From the NCBI GenBank assembly GCA_029006015.1, contig JAQXFY010000148.1, positions 1 to 55,438 on the forward strand: 55,438 nt of DNA, read 5' to 3'. Below the pieces are notes generated by a model. That model was not told the DNA's origin, searched no databases, and saw only the letters and a program-made list of their open reading frames with translations. Shown in pieces: positions 44,987 to 54,194 of this stretch. The position numbers and the translations under genes were made by a program. Source of the stretch: a bacterium (GTDB lineage Bacteria > Bacillota > Clostridia > Christensenellales > SUG1161). Positions within the stretch are counted from its first letter, which is position 1. Each line of letters begins with the position of its first letter.

Positions 44987-47938
44987 TTGTTTCGCTTAGT
45001 GCTGCGCAAAATGATGAATAACAAGTGGATGGTGGGATGCCTGTTATTGGGTTCCATCCTGGCTTCGGCCATGGTCAGCGCCATCCCCATGTATACAGAT
45101 GGCGTTACCCAGCGCATGCTCAAACGCGATCTGCAGGCGATTCAGTTGGAAACCGAGCAATATCCCGGCTGGCTGGTGATTGATTCCGTGCTGCGCAACA
45201 ATTACGAATCTGGCCAGTTCCGGGAGCAATACAATAAGCAAACGGCGGATATCGAGCAGGCCATTTCAAATATCCATGTGCCGCTTATATCCAGCTCCCA
45301 TCGCTTGTCGTTTGATATGGCCAGCGGTTCCATCCTGCCTATCGTCGATGGCCAGTACAGGGCCAAAAACTATCGCATCGATGCCTTTTCCGGCATGCAG
45401 AATGAGGTAAAGGTATTGCAGGGTCGCCTGCCCACCAGCGAAGTTAAGCATGTGGAAAACTACGACAATGGCGCGGAAATCTACGAAAAAGCCACCATCT
45501 TTGAAGGCGTTATCACACGGGATTTTGTTAACTCCCGCCGGCTCAAGGTAGGGGACGTCATCGATCTGCAGGCGCGCATCGGCATTCAGTCTACCTCCTT
45601 CCTGGTGGAGATCGTCGGCATTGTGGAGCCTGTCAACAACCAGAACTCCTACTGGTATGTGCAATCCTCCGGCATTGCATCATCCCTGATACTGGATTAT
45701 GACGCGCTGTATGGGGAGTTTTGTTCCGGCGATTCGATGCTGGTGCCGGTGCATCAGTGGGTGTACGCCTTTGATTACCAGAAAATGTCCGTAAGCGCCA
45801 TGCCGTCCATGCTCAATGGCTACAATGCAGTTCGAGAGGTTGCCGGCTCCTACAAAGGGCTAAGCTATAAAGCACTGGCGCATGCATCGCTGACAACGTA
45901 CCTCAGCCGTGAGGCCAAGCTGAAAACCACGCTGTGGGTGCTGGAAGTACCGTTGCTTATCATGCTGGCGTTCTACATCTTTATGGTGTCCCAGCTGATT
46001 ATCGATTACGAAAAGAACGAGATTTCCGTTCTCAAAAGCCGGGGTTCCACCAACAGCCAGATTTTGTGGCTGTACCTGATGCAAAGCCTGATTATCAGCG
46101 GAATCGCGTTGGTTATTGGCCCCTATATCGGCATGTTCCTGTGCTGGATCATCGGTGCTTCCAATGGCTTCTTAAGCTTTGTTTCCCGCACCGCCCTGCC
46201 ATTGCACCTTAGCGCCAATGCCTTTGAATACGCGATGCTGGCGCTTTCCTTCTCCGTGATAACCATGTTGCTGCCCGCGTTGCTTCAGGCGCGCACCACC
46301 ATCGTCGAGCACAAGCAGCGCAAGGCACGCGGCGGCAAAGCCCCGCTGTGGAAGAAACTGGGCTTGGATTTCATTCTGCTGGCGGCTTCCATTTATGGCA
46401 TCTCCTTCTACCGCGCGCAGGGTGCGGCCTTGTCCAAAATGACGCCTGAATCCGCGGCGCTCATGCCTATCGATCCCATTCTGTTCCTGATTTCGGTTCT
46501 GTTTGTGCTGGGTGCCGGCCTGCTGGTCCTGCGGCTGTATCCGCTGGTCATGCGTTTGGTTTTCTGGCTGGGGCGCAAAAAGTGGAATGCCGTCATGTAT
46601 GCTACCTTTGTGCAGGTGGGCCGCTCCAATGGGAATGAGCAGTTTTTGATGTTGTTCCTCATCATGACCATTTCCATCGGCCTGTTCTCCGCCAACGCAG
46701 CGCGCACCATCAATTACAACCAGGAAGCCCGGATGAAATACAGCACGGGCGCGGATATCGTGCTGGATATGGAATGGGTATCCAGCAAGGAATATGTCAA
46801 CGCCCTGCCCAGCGATTTTATTGTGGATGAGGAAACGGGTTCGCTGATGCTGAAGCCCGGTCTGAACATCAAATCGCGCAATGTGTATACCGATATTCCG
46901 CTGTCGTCTTACCAGAACCTGACGGGCATCGAGGAAACGGCACGTGTGTACATCGGCAGCAAGATAAAATACTTCAAGGGCGGTGTCGACGGCGTGCAAA
47001 AACCCATCGACCATATGATGGGCATCGATCCTTATAACTTTGGCATGGTGGCTTATGCACCGCCGCTTATCCAGGGCAGGTACAACTGGTATTCCTACTT
47101 GAACTTGCTAAACGATTATCCGGAAGGCTTACTGGTTTCCCAAGCGTTCCTGGATAGCTACAACCTGAAGCTGTTTGACGATATATATGTTGGTTGGGAC
47201 GAGCTGGATCCTTTGCCCTTTACCATCATCGGCGTCATCGATTACTGGCCGACCATTAGCCCCTATGCTACGGTCACAGCCAATGAGGATGGAACGGCTT
47301 CTGCTTCCACTGCTCCTATTTACTGTGTGGGCAATTTGCAGTACATGTTCCGCAACCGTGGTATCCTGCCGTACCAACTGTGGCTCAAGCGCGATGGTAC
47401 GACCTCCAATGTGGAGATTTATCAGTCCATCAGCGATCATGGGCTGCCGGTAGCCAAGCTGACGGATGGCAAGCAGGAGCTTATCTCCATGCGAAACGAT
47501 CCCATGCTTCAAGGCACCAATGGATCGATGACGCTCAGCTTCATCATGACGCTGGCCGTCAGCGCGGTGGGCTTTGTCATCTACTGGATGCTGTCCATCC
47601 GGTCGCGTTCGCTGCAGTTTGGTATTTTCAGGGCTATCGGCCTGAAAATGCAATCCATCTTCGGTATGCTGGTGGCCGAGCAGCTGCTGATATCGGGCGT
47701 CGCAGTTATGCTGGGGTTGCTGATTGGGGAATTAACCAGCTACTTCTACGTGCCTTTGCTGGAAATTGTTTATGCAACGGCCAACCAGGCTCCGGCATTC
47801 AAAGTGGTATCCAGCTCGACGGATTACTGGAAGATCTATATCTTTATCGGCATCATGCTGGTGGCGGGCATTGCCCTGCTGGTGCGGCTGGTGTCCAAGA
47901 TTAAGATCACGCAAGCTATCAAGCTCGGGGAGGATTGA
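44987..47938 (+). CDS. Large ABC transporter permease with two FtsX-type domains (983 aa)
   Basis: TTG start behind AAAGGAGG. FtsX-like TM bundles lie at about aa 300-430 and 860-983, with large extracytoplasmic loops between them. Confidence 0.85.
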   Translation: MFRLVLRKMMNNKWMVGCLLLGSILASAMVSAIPMYTDGVTQRMLKRDLQAIQLETEQYPGWLVIDSVLRNNYESGQFREQYNKQTADIEQAISNIHVPLISSSHRLSFDMASGSILPIVDGQYRAKNYRIDAFSGMQNEVKVLQGRLPTSEVKHVENYDNGAEIYEKATIFEGVITRDFVNSRRLKVGDVIDLQARIGIQSTSFLVEIVGIVEPVNNQNSYWYVQSSGIASSLILDYDALYGEFCSGDSMLVPVHQWVYAFDYQKMSVSAMPSMLNGYNAVREVAGSYKGLSYKALAHASLTTYLSREAKLKTTLWVLEVPLLIMLAFYIFMVSQLIIDYEKNEISVLKSRGSTNSQILWLYLMQSLIISGIALVIGPYIGMFLCWIIGASNGFLSFVSRTALPLHLSANAFEYAMLALSFSVITMLLPALLQARTTIVEHKQRKARGGKAPLWKKLGLDFILLAASIYGISFYRAQGAALSKMTPESAALMPIDPILFLISVLFVLGAGLLVLRLYPLVMRLVFWLGRKKWNAVMYATFVQVGRSNGNEQFLMLFLIMTISIGLFSANAARTINYNQEARMKYSTGADIVLDMEWVSSKEYVNALPSDFIVDEETGSLMLKPGLNIKSRNVYTDIPLSSYQNLTGIEETARVYIGSKIKYFKGGVDGVQKPIDHMMGIDPYNFGMVAYAPPLIQGRYNWYSYLNLLNDYPEGLLVSQAFLDSYNLKLFDDIYVGWDELDPLPFTIIGVIDYWPTISPYATVTANEDGTASASTAPIYCVGNLQYMFRNRGILPYQLWLKRDGTTSNVEIYQSISDHGLPVAKLTDGKQELISMRNDPMLQGTNGSMTLSFIMTLAVSAVGFVIYWMLSIRSRSLQFGIFRAIGLKMQSIFGMLVAEQLLISGVAVMLGLLIGELTSYFYVPLLEIVYATANQAPAFKVVSSSTDYWKIYIFIGIMLVAGIALLVRLVSKIKITQAIKLGED

Positions 47939-47943
47939 TCAGC

Positions 47944-48681
47944 ATGGAATCGATTATCCGTACCGAGGGAGTTTCCCGTACCTTCAAATCCGGCCGGGAT
48001 ACGATCTATGCCCTGCGCGATGTTACCATTGAAATCCCACGCGGTAAGCTGACCATCCTGCGCGGCCGTTCCGGCAGCGGTAAAACCACGCTGATGAACC
48101 TGCTGGGCGCGCTGGATCTTCCCAACGCCGGCCACATCTTCTTTGGCGATCAGGAGATTAACCTTTTGCCCGAACCCAAGCGCGACGAATTGCGGCGCAA
48201 GCAGATCGGGTTTATCTTCCAATCGGTGGCGCTCATCGGCCTGATGAGCGCTCGGGAAAACGTGGAGTTTGCCCTGCGCGTGGCGGAAGCCAAAGATATT
48301 GATCGCACCAAGCGTGCGGAGGAATGCCTGACATTTGTCGGCCTGCATAAGCGCATGGATCACCGCCCGCAGGAGTTATCCGGCGGCGAGCAGCAGCGTG
48401 TGGCCATTGCCCGCGCCATTGCCCACCGGCCGACGGTGCTGTTTGCGGATGAGCCGACGGCGGAGCTGGACACCCACATGGGGCTTCAGGTGCTTAGCGT
48501 ATTCCGGGATCTGGTTGTTAACGAAGGGGTAACCATTGTTATGACCACGCACGATCCCAACATGGTGGAGCTGGCCGATTGCGTGTATACGCTGGAGGAT
48601 GGGCAGATTGTCGATCACCAGGTCAACGATTTGACCGCCTTTGATGCCGAGCGTGCAGCCAAGAGGGAGGAACAAGCATGA
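47944..48681 (+). CDS. ABC transporter ATP-binding protein (MacB/LolD-like), subunit 1
   Basis: [24 protein letters not shown] prefer ATG 47944 (GGGGAGGA 9 nt upstream) over the track's TTG 47935. Confidence 0.88.
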   Translation: MESIIRTEGVSRTFKSGRDTIYALRDVTIEIPRGKLTILRGRSGSGKTTLMNLLGALDLPNAGHIFFGDQEINLLPEPKRDELRRKQIGFIFQSVALIGLMSARENVEFALRVAEAKDIDRTKRAEECLTFVGLHKRMDHRPQELSGGEQQRVAIARAIAHRPTVLFADEPTAELDTHMGLQVLSVFRDLVVNEGVTIVMTTHDPNMVELADCVYTLEDGQIVDHQVNDLTAFDAERAAKREEQA

Positions 48682-49586
48682 TCCAATGCGAGAACCTCGT
48701 TAAAATTTACAAGACGGCTGATCTGGAGGTTGTTGCCCTTCAGGGGCTGGATATGACGGTGGATGCCGGCGAGATGATGGCCATCATCGGCAACAGCGGC
48801 AGCGGTAAATCTACCCTGCTGAATATGCTGGGTGCGCTGGATAAACCCTCGGCAGGCAAGCTGATCGTCGATGATAAGGATCTGTCCAAGCTGACCCCAA
48901 AGGAAATCGTAGCCTACAAGCGCAACACGGTGGGCTTTGTATGGCAGAACAACGCACGCAACTTGATTCCGTACCTGACGGCGCGGGAAAATATCGAGGT
49001 GCCGCTGCAAATTGCCGGCAATAAGGAAGCCGGCCGGGCGCGGGAATTATTGGATATGGTTGGCCTGTCCCACCGGGCCAATAACAAACTGGCCCAGCTA
49101 TCCGGCGGTGAGCAGCAGCGCGTGGCCATCGCCCTGGCGCTTGCCAACCGGCCCAAGGTGTTGCTGGCCGATGAACCGACCGGCGCAGTGGACACCAAAA
49201 CCGCCATGATGATTATGGATGTCATGCGGGAAATCAACCGGGAAAGCGGCGTAACCATTGTTATCGTTACCCACGACCGCATGCTGGCCTCCAAGGTGGA
49301 CCGCGTGGTATCCATCCGCGATGGCCGTACCTCCAGCGAGTTTATCCGCAATAAATCCTACGCGGAAGAAATGCGGGAAATCCAGCTTGGGCTGCGCGAG
49401 CTCAATGATGTGGATGATATCAAGCAGGAGGAGTTTGTTGTGGTGGACAATGTTGGGCGCATGCAGCTGCCCAAGGAAGCGTTGGAACACCTCAAACTCC
49501 ATGGCAAATCGCGCGTGCGGGTTGAATACGAAACCAACCGCGTGGTGCTCTATCCGGAAAAAATGCCGGATGATGAAACAGCTTAA
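48678..49586 (+). CDS. ABC transporter ATP-binding protein, subunit 2, with C-terminal AbrB/SpoVT-like extension
   Basis: [27 protein letters not shown] overlap with subunit 1. An extra tail of about 80 aa contains VDNVGRMQLPKEALEHLKLHGKSRVRVEYETNRVVLYP. Confidence 0.85.
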   Translation: MIQCENLVKIYKTADLEVVALQGLDMTVDAGEMMAIIGNSGSGKSTLLNMLGALDKPSAGKLIVDDKDLSKLTPKEIVAYKRNTVGFVWQNNARNLIPYLTARENIEVPLQIAGNKEAGRARELLDMVGLSHRANNKLAQLSGGEQQRVAIALALANRPKVLLADEPTGAVDTKTAMMIMDVMREINRESGVTIVIVTHDRMLASKVDRVVSIRDGRTSSEFIRNKSYAEEMREIQLGLRELNDVDDIKQEEFVVVDNVGRMQLPKEALEHLKLHGKSRVRVEYETNRVVLYPEKMPDDETA

Positions 49587-49612
49587 TTTCCTTCTTTTTC
49601 TTGCTCTCACCC

Positions 49613-49640
49613 AAAAGCCGCCCTGTTTCGGGCGGCTTTT
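49613..49640 (+). terminator. Intrinsic terminator of the four-gene ABC operon
   Basis: AAAAGCCGCCC-TGTTTC-GGGCGGCTTTT, followed by GGGGTTTT. Confidence 0.85.
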
Positions 49641-49886
49641 GGGGTTTTGGCGGTGAAAAAGGGCATACCGTATGGCTGGTTTGTGTGAAAGCCGGGCTGG
49701 CGCCTGATGGCAACGGAAATCAAGATCAGGCAGAACAGGTATCCACACCGCCTGTGCTGCGGCAGGCGGATGGGGTTGGCATCGGGGGTGCGCCGCCTGT
49801 TACAAGATATATGCGGCAGAATGCAGCAAACAGGTTGATCGTTACAAGGTAAACAGATAAGGGGAGCGGGGCAGGGGCGCTTGGTT

Positions 49887-50087
49887 TTACCACCAAGCGG
49901 GAAAAGAAAAACCCGGCACATCGGAATCATCCAAAATGCGCCGGGCTTCGTGGCGTTGGTACGCTTTGGGATTGGGCGGCCTGCGGGTGATGGGGTTTAG
50001 TTCCCCCCAGCTGCCGCGCTTTTGGGCATCGATGGCTTTTTTTGCCCGTTTGCTGAGCTTTTCATAGGGAATGTATTTGTTTTTCAT
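49887..50087 (-). CDS. Hypothetical small basic protein (66 aa)
   Basis: AAAGGAG RBS. Sequence begins MKNKYIPYEKLSKRAKKAIDAQKRGSWGELNPITRRPPNPKAY... Confidence 0.55.
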   Translation of the reverse strand: MKNKYIPYEKLSKRAKKAIDAQKRGSWGELNPITRRPPNPKAYQRHEARRILDDSDVPGFSFPAWW

Positions 50088-50434
50088 GGGAAAAACTCCT
50101 TTCGAGCCTATTATAGCATATGCCCAAGGCGATGGATTGCCAGTTGCTGGCAGCTGGCCGGCACGGTCGGCTATACCATCCTGTTGCGTTTTGCCGTAAG
50201 GGTGCTTGATATCGCCCTTGGCGGAGGAGGTTTAAACCAATACCGGCTTCAAACGGCCTTTAAAAGCGTTTTGCCCGGCAAGGCAGGAAGGCTTGCCGGT
50301 ATCGCCGGCGGGCATGGCATAAAAAGCCGACCCTGTTTTTATGCGGCGGATTTTCCGGGCACAGACAGGGGCAGCTTATCTTTTTGCCAGCCAGGTCAAG
50401 GCCGGCAGCTTTCGGCAGATGGCATACAGGGCTG

Positions 50435-50914
50435 TTATGGAATGTATTTTTCTACGATGCGGACGACCACATTGTTTGCAATTTCAATTTCATAAAGCGG
50501 CCCGCAAGCCGGGGCCTGCTCTGCATCGGGCTGGGCGGCGTTAAAGCGATCAATATATCCCTGCTGACGCGCGGCAAACTCTTCCAAGGTGGCGGCAGCC
50601 ACGGGGGAAGAAGCGCTCGGCACGAAATATTCAAAGGTGGTGTCATCGCTGATGATGCAGTTGGTTTTTTTATCGCTGGGATTATAAATGTAGAATCCAT
50701 TGGGCATATCGGTGGATGGATCCAGATGGAGCTCTTGCATCCGCTGCGTATCATCCTCCGTAATCCATTCAATTTCATCAAACTCAAAGCTGCCGGATTG
50801 AATATCGATTTGGGTGATGTAGCCCATTTTGGTTTGTTTGCGCGGGGCACAGCCTGCAAAGCATAGTAGCACAAACAGGGAAGCAATGGAGGAACACAAT
50901 ATTTTTTTGAGCAT
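50435..50914 (-). CDS. Hypothetical lipoprotein (159 aa)
   Basis: Signal peptide with lipobox LLCFAGC. GAAGGAGAGGG RBS. Confidence 0.7.
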   Translation of the reverse strand: MLKKILCSSIASLFVLLCFAGCAPRKQTKMGYITQIDIQSGSFEFDEIEWITEDDTQRMQELHLDPSTDMPNGFYIYNPSDKKTNCIISDDTTFEYFVPSASSPVAAATLEEFAARQQGYIDRFNAAQPDAEQAPACGPLYEIEIANNVVVRIVEKYIP

Positions 50915-51070
50915 GGTATCGCCCTCTCCTTCATTGGGGTTATATGGAATTGCCTGTCTGGTAAAAATATATCATGTTTTAAGCGGATTGTCTACAGCAA
51001 TAACTTGCGGATGCGCGGGCTTGAAGCGTGGGGGGCCTGGTACAGGCTTTAAGGCGCAGGGCCTATGATA

Positions 51071-51103
51071 TAAAAAGCGCAGGGGAAGTTCCCCTGCACT
51101 TTT
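51071..51103 (-). terminator. Intrinsic terminator after the GH4 gene
   Basis: On the - strand: GTGCAGGGGAACTTCCCCTGCGC, followed by TTTTTAT. Confidence 0.75.
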
Positions 51104-51121
51104 GGATTGGCGCTGAAAAGC

Positions 51122-52456
51122 TTAATCGACGTGCTTTACGCTGAATTGCGGCAGATAATCGGCGGAGGCAGCGAACATATCGTTGACCATGTTCTTGATT
51201 TCCTCCAGGCTGAGCACGGCGCTGGTCAGCGGATCGAAGCAGATGGCCTGGTAGACCAGCTTGGGATCGCCCTCCAGGCTGGCGCGCACGGCAAGCTCCT
51301 CAATGCGGGAGGAAATGTTGCACATCAGCGCCAGGTGATCCGGCATGGCGCCAACCTGCATGGCCTCGATGCCCTTGTGGGAAGCCAGGCACGGCACTTC
51401 AACGCACGCACCGTAAGGCAGGTTTTCGATGATGCCAAAGTTGCGCACGTTGCCGTTGAAGGTGAACAACTCGTGATCGCCAAAGCAGGCGTTGAAGATG
51501 TACGCAGCATATTCGTTGCCGCGCTCGTGCACCTTGATATCGCCTTCCAGATACTTTTTGGTTTCTTCCTTCCAGGTGTCCTCGCGGTGCAGGTATTCAT
51601 TGAGGATGTAGGCATAGGCTCCCGGGTTCCAGTTGGTGCCGTGGGTGCAGTATTTTTCGATAAGGTCGGGCCGCTTGCGGAACCAGGGGTTGTATTCGCT
51701 GTTGTGGCCGGAGGATTCCGTTACATAGTAATCCAGCGCCTTGAACATCTCGTTGCGGACGAGCTCCTTGTTGTAAATCTCCGGGTTTTCAATGGCCTTG
51801 CGCAGCAAGGGGTAGGCATCCTTGCCGTTCCACTTGAAATCCAGGTAGAAAGCGGTGTGGTTGATGCCGGCGCAGGTGTAGGTGACTTCATCCATCGGCG
51901 CGCCGATCCAATCGGCCAGCATATGGGCGGTGCCCTGCACGCTGTGGCACAGGCCGGTGATGGTCAGATCGGGATGCTCACCCTGCATGATGCGGCACAG
52001 CATGGCCATGGGGTTGGTGTAGTTCAGGAAAATGGCGTTGGGGCAATATTTCTGAATATCCTTGCAGATATCCAGCATAACGGGCGCGGTGCGCAGGAAA
52101 CGGAAAATGCCCGACGGGCCGCGCGTATCGCCGACGTTGGTATCCACCCCATACTTTTTGGGGATTTCGATATCGTTGCGCCAGATGGCGATCTCGCCGC
52201 TTAAGATGGTGCACACAACGCCGTCCGCCCCATCCAGGGCCTTGGCGCGGTCGGTCGTAGCCTCCACCGTGACGGGAAGCCCGCTGGAAGCCACCAGCTT
52301 GGAAACCGCTTTGTTGGCAAAATCAAGCCGCTCCTGATTGATGTCCATGAGCGAGAGCGTGCAGTCCGAAAAAGCCGGGAAGGTCAGCAGATCGTTGACC
52401 AGGCCGCGCGTAAAACCAAGGCTGCCCGCGCCGATAAACGTAATCTTCTTGCCCAA
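51122..52456 (-). CDS. Glycoside hydrolase family 4 (NAD/Mn-dependent alpha-glycosidase; alpha-galactosidase/alpha-galacturonidase type)
   Basis: TTG start behind GAAGGAGTG. Sequence includes [14 protein letters not shown]...NYTNPMAM...GLCHSVQGT...GINHTAFY. Confidence 0.88.
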   Translation of the reverse strand: MGKKITFIGAGSLGFTRGLVNDLLTFPAFSDCTLSLMDINQERLDFANKAVSKLVASSGLPVTVEATTDRAKALDGADGVVCTILSGEIAIWRNDIEIPKKYGVDTNVGDTRGPSGIFRFLRTAPVMLDICKDIQKYCPNAIFLNYTNPMAMLCRIMQGEHPDLTITGLCHSVQGTAHMLADWIGAPMDEVTYTCAGINHTAFYLDFKWNGKDAYPLLRKAIENPEIYNKELVRNEMFKALDYYVTESSGHNSEYNPWFRKRPDLIEKYCTHGTNWNPGAYAYILNEYLHREDTWKEETKKYLEGDIKVHERGNEYAAYIFNACFGDHELFTFNGNVRNFGIIENLPYGACVEVPCLASHKGIEAMQVGAMPDHLALMCNISSRIEELAVRASLEGDPKLVYQAICFDPLTSAVLSLEEIKNMVNDMFAASADYLPQFSVKHVD

Positions 52457-52687
52457 TGTCTTTCACTCCTTCTATAATCATGAGGATGCGCTGCTTCTAC
52501 GGTACATGATTTTGGCCGATTTTTCAAGGGGGAAGGCCCTTGAATTTGCTCCCTTTTTTGCAGATTTTCCCGGCCCCATGCCCGGTGCGGCCTTCCTTGA
52601 CTAGCCCTTATGGAAAAAGGTATAATTTGGATAATGCTGGGGGCATCTGCGATACCCCCGAACAAGACGAAAAGGAAGTGTTTGATA

Positions 52688-54193
52688 TTGGCTAGATTAA
52701 ACCGCAAAGCGCTGCTGGATGGCGATATTAAGCCTGCTGTTCCGGTGGGCAGCCTCAAGGAGGGGCCCGTGCGCGTGCTCCAGTTTGGGGAGGGCAATTT
52801 CCTGCGCGCGTTTGTCGATTGGATGTTCAGCGGGCTGTATGAAAAGGGCTTGTTTGATGGCCGCATCGCCGTGGTTCAGCCCATCCCGCAGGGCATGGTG
52901 GATAAACTGATGGAGCAGGATGGCCTGTATACCCTGCTGCTGCGCGGGGTGGAGGATGGCCAGGTGGTCGACAGGCGCAGCATCGTCACCGCCGTGGCCG
53001 ATGGCGTAAACCCCTATGTCAACTGGGATAAGATGCTGGATTATGCCGCCCAGCCCCAGGTGCGCTACATTGTATCCAACACCACGGAGGCCGGCATTGC
53101 CTATGTGCCCTGCGCTTTCCCGGATGCCTGCCCGGATTCCTTCCCGGCCAAGGTAACCGCGCTGCTTTACCACCGCTACAAGGCGCTGGGCGGGCAGAGC
53201 GGCAGCGGCTGGGTATTTATGCCGTGCGAGCTTATCGACCGCAACGGTGACAATCTAAAAGCATGCGTGCTGCATCACATCGCCGATTGGGGCCTGGAGG
53301 ATGGCTTTGCGGCGTGGGTGGAAAAAGAATGCATTTTCTGCAACACGCTGGTGGACCGCATTGTTACCGGCTATCCGCGGGAGGAAGCCGCCGATATCCA
53401 ACAACAGCTGGGGTATGAGGACGGCATGCTGGATACCGGCGAGGTGTTCCACCTGTGGGTCATCGAAGGGCCGGAGGGCCTTGAAAAAGAGCTGCCCTTT
53501 GATAAGGCCGGGTATCATGTGGTGTTTACGCGCGATGTTACCCCGTATCGGGACCGCAAGGTGCGCCTGCTCAACGGCTGCCACACCATGACGGTGGCTG
53601 CGGCCATGGTCATGGGTGTGGAAAGCGTGCGCGAGGCTACGCAGGATGATGACCTGGGCCGCCTGATGCGCCGCGGCATGATGGAGGAGATTTTGCCCCA
53701 TGTCCATCTGCCCCAGGCCGATAAGGAGGCTTTTGCCCTCAGCGTGATGGAGCGCTTTGCCAACCCGTATATCCATCACCTGTGGCAGTCCATCAGTCTT
53801 AATTCCATTTCCAAGTGGCCGGTGCGCGTGCTGCCCTCGTTGGAGGATGCGCTCAAAGCCTCCACGCCGTCGGGCCTGCTGGCCTTTTCCCTGGCGGCGC
53901 TGCTTAGGATGTATAAAATCGAAAAAACGCCGGATGGCTTTGTCGGCCGCCGCGATGACGGCACTGCTTTTGCCGTCAAGGAGGACGAGGCGCATTTGCA
54001 GACGCTTTGCGCCCTGTGGCAGGATTATCAAAAAACAGGCGATGTACAGGCCCTGGTGGCTTCGGCGCTGGCCGACAGCACGCTGTGGGGGAAGAATTTA
54101 ACCGCCCTGCCGGGCTTGACGGATACCGTGGCGGGCGCGCTGGGCAGCATTTTGTCCGGCGGCATGCGCGCTGCGCTGAAGGGGGTATTGTAA
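52688..54193 (+). CDS. uxaB: Tagaturonate reductase (altronate oxidoreductase)
   Basis: VRVLQFGEGNFLRAFVDWM...YIVSNTTEAG...RVLPS is typical. The start is uncertain. I prefer TTG 52688 (AGGAAG 9 nt upstream); the track ORF starts at 52610. Confidence 0.82.
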   Translation: MARLNRKALLDGDIKPAVPVGSLKEGPVRVLQFGEGNFLRAFVDWMFSGLYEKGLFDGRIAVVQPIPQGMVDKLMEQDGLYTLLLRGVEDGQVVDRRSIVTAVADGVNPYVNWDKMLDYAAQPQVRYIVSNTTEAGIAYVPCAFPDACPDSFPAKVTALLYHRYKALGGQSGSGWVFMPCELIDRNGDNLKACVLHHIADWGLEDGFAAWVEKECIFCNTLVDRIVTGYPREEAADIQQQLGYEDGMLDTGEVFHLWVIEGPEGLEKELPFDKAGYHVVFTRDVTPYRDRKVRLLNGCHTMTVAAAMVMGVESVREATQDDDLGRLMRRGMMEEILPHVHLPQADKEAFALSVMERFANPYIHHLWQSISLNSISKWPVRVLPSLEDALKASTPSGLLAFSLAALLRMYKIEKTPDGFVGRRDDGTAFAVKEDEAHLQTLCALWQDYQKTGDVQALVASALADSTLWGKNLTALPGLTDTVAGALGSILSGGMRAALKGVL

Positions 54194-54194
54194 A

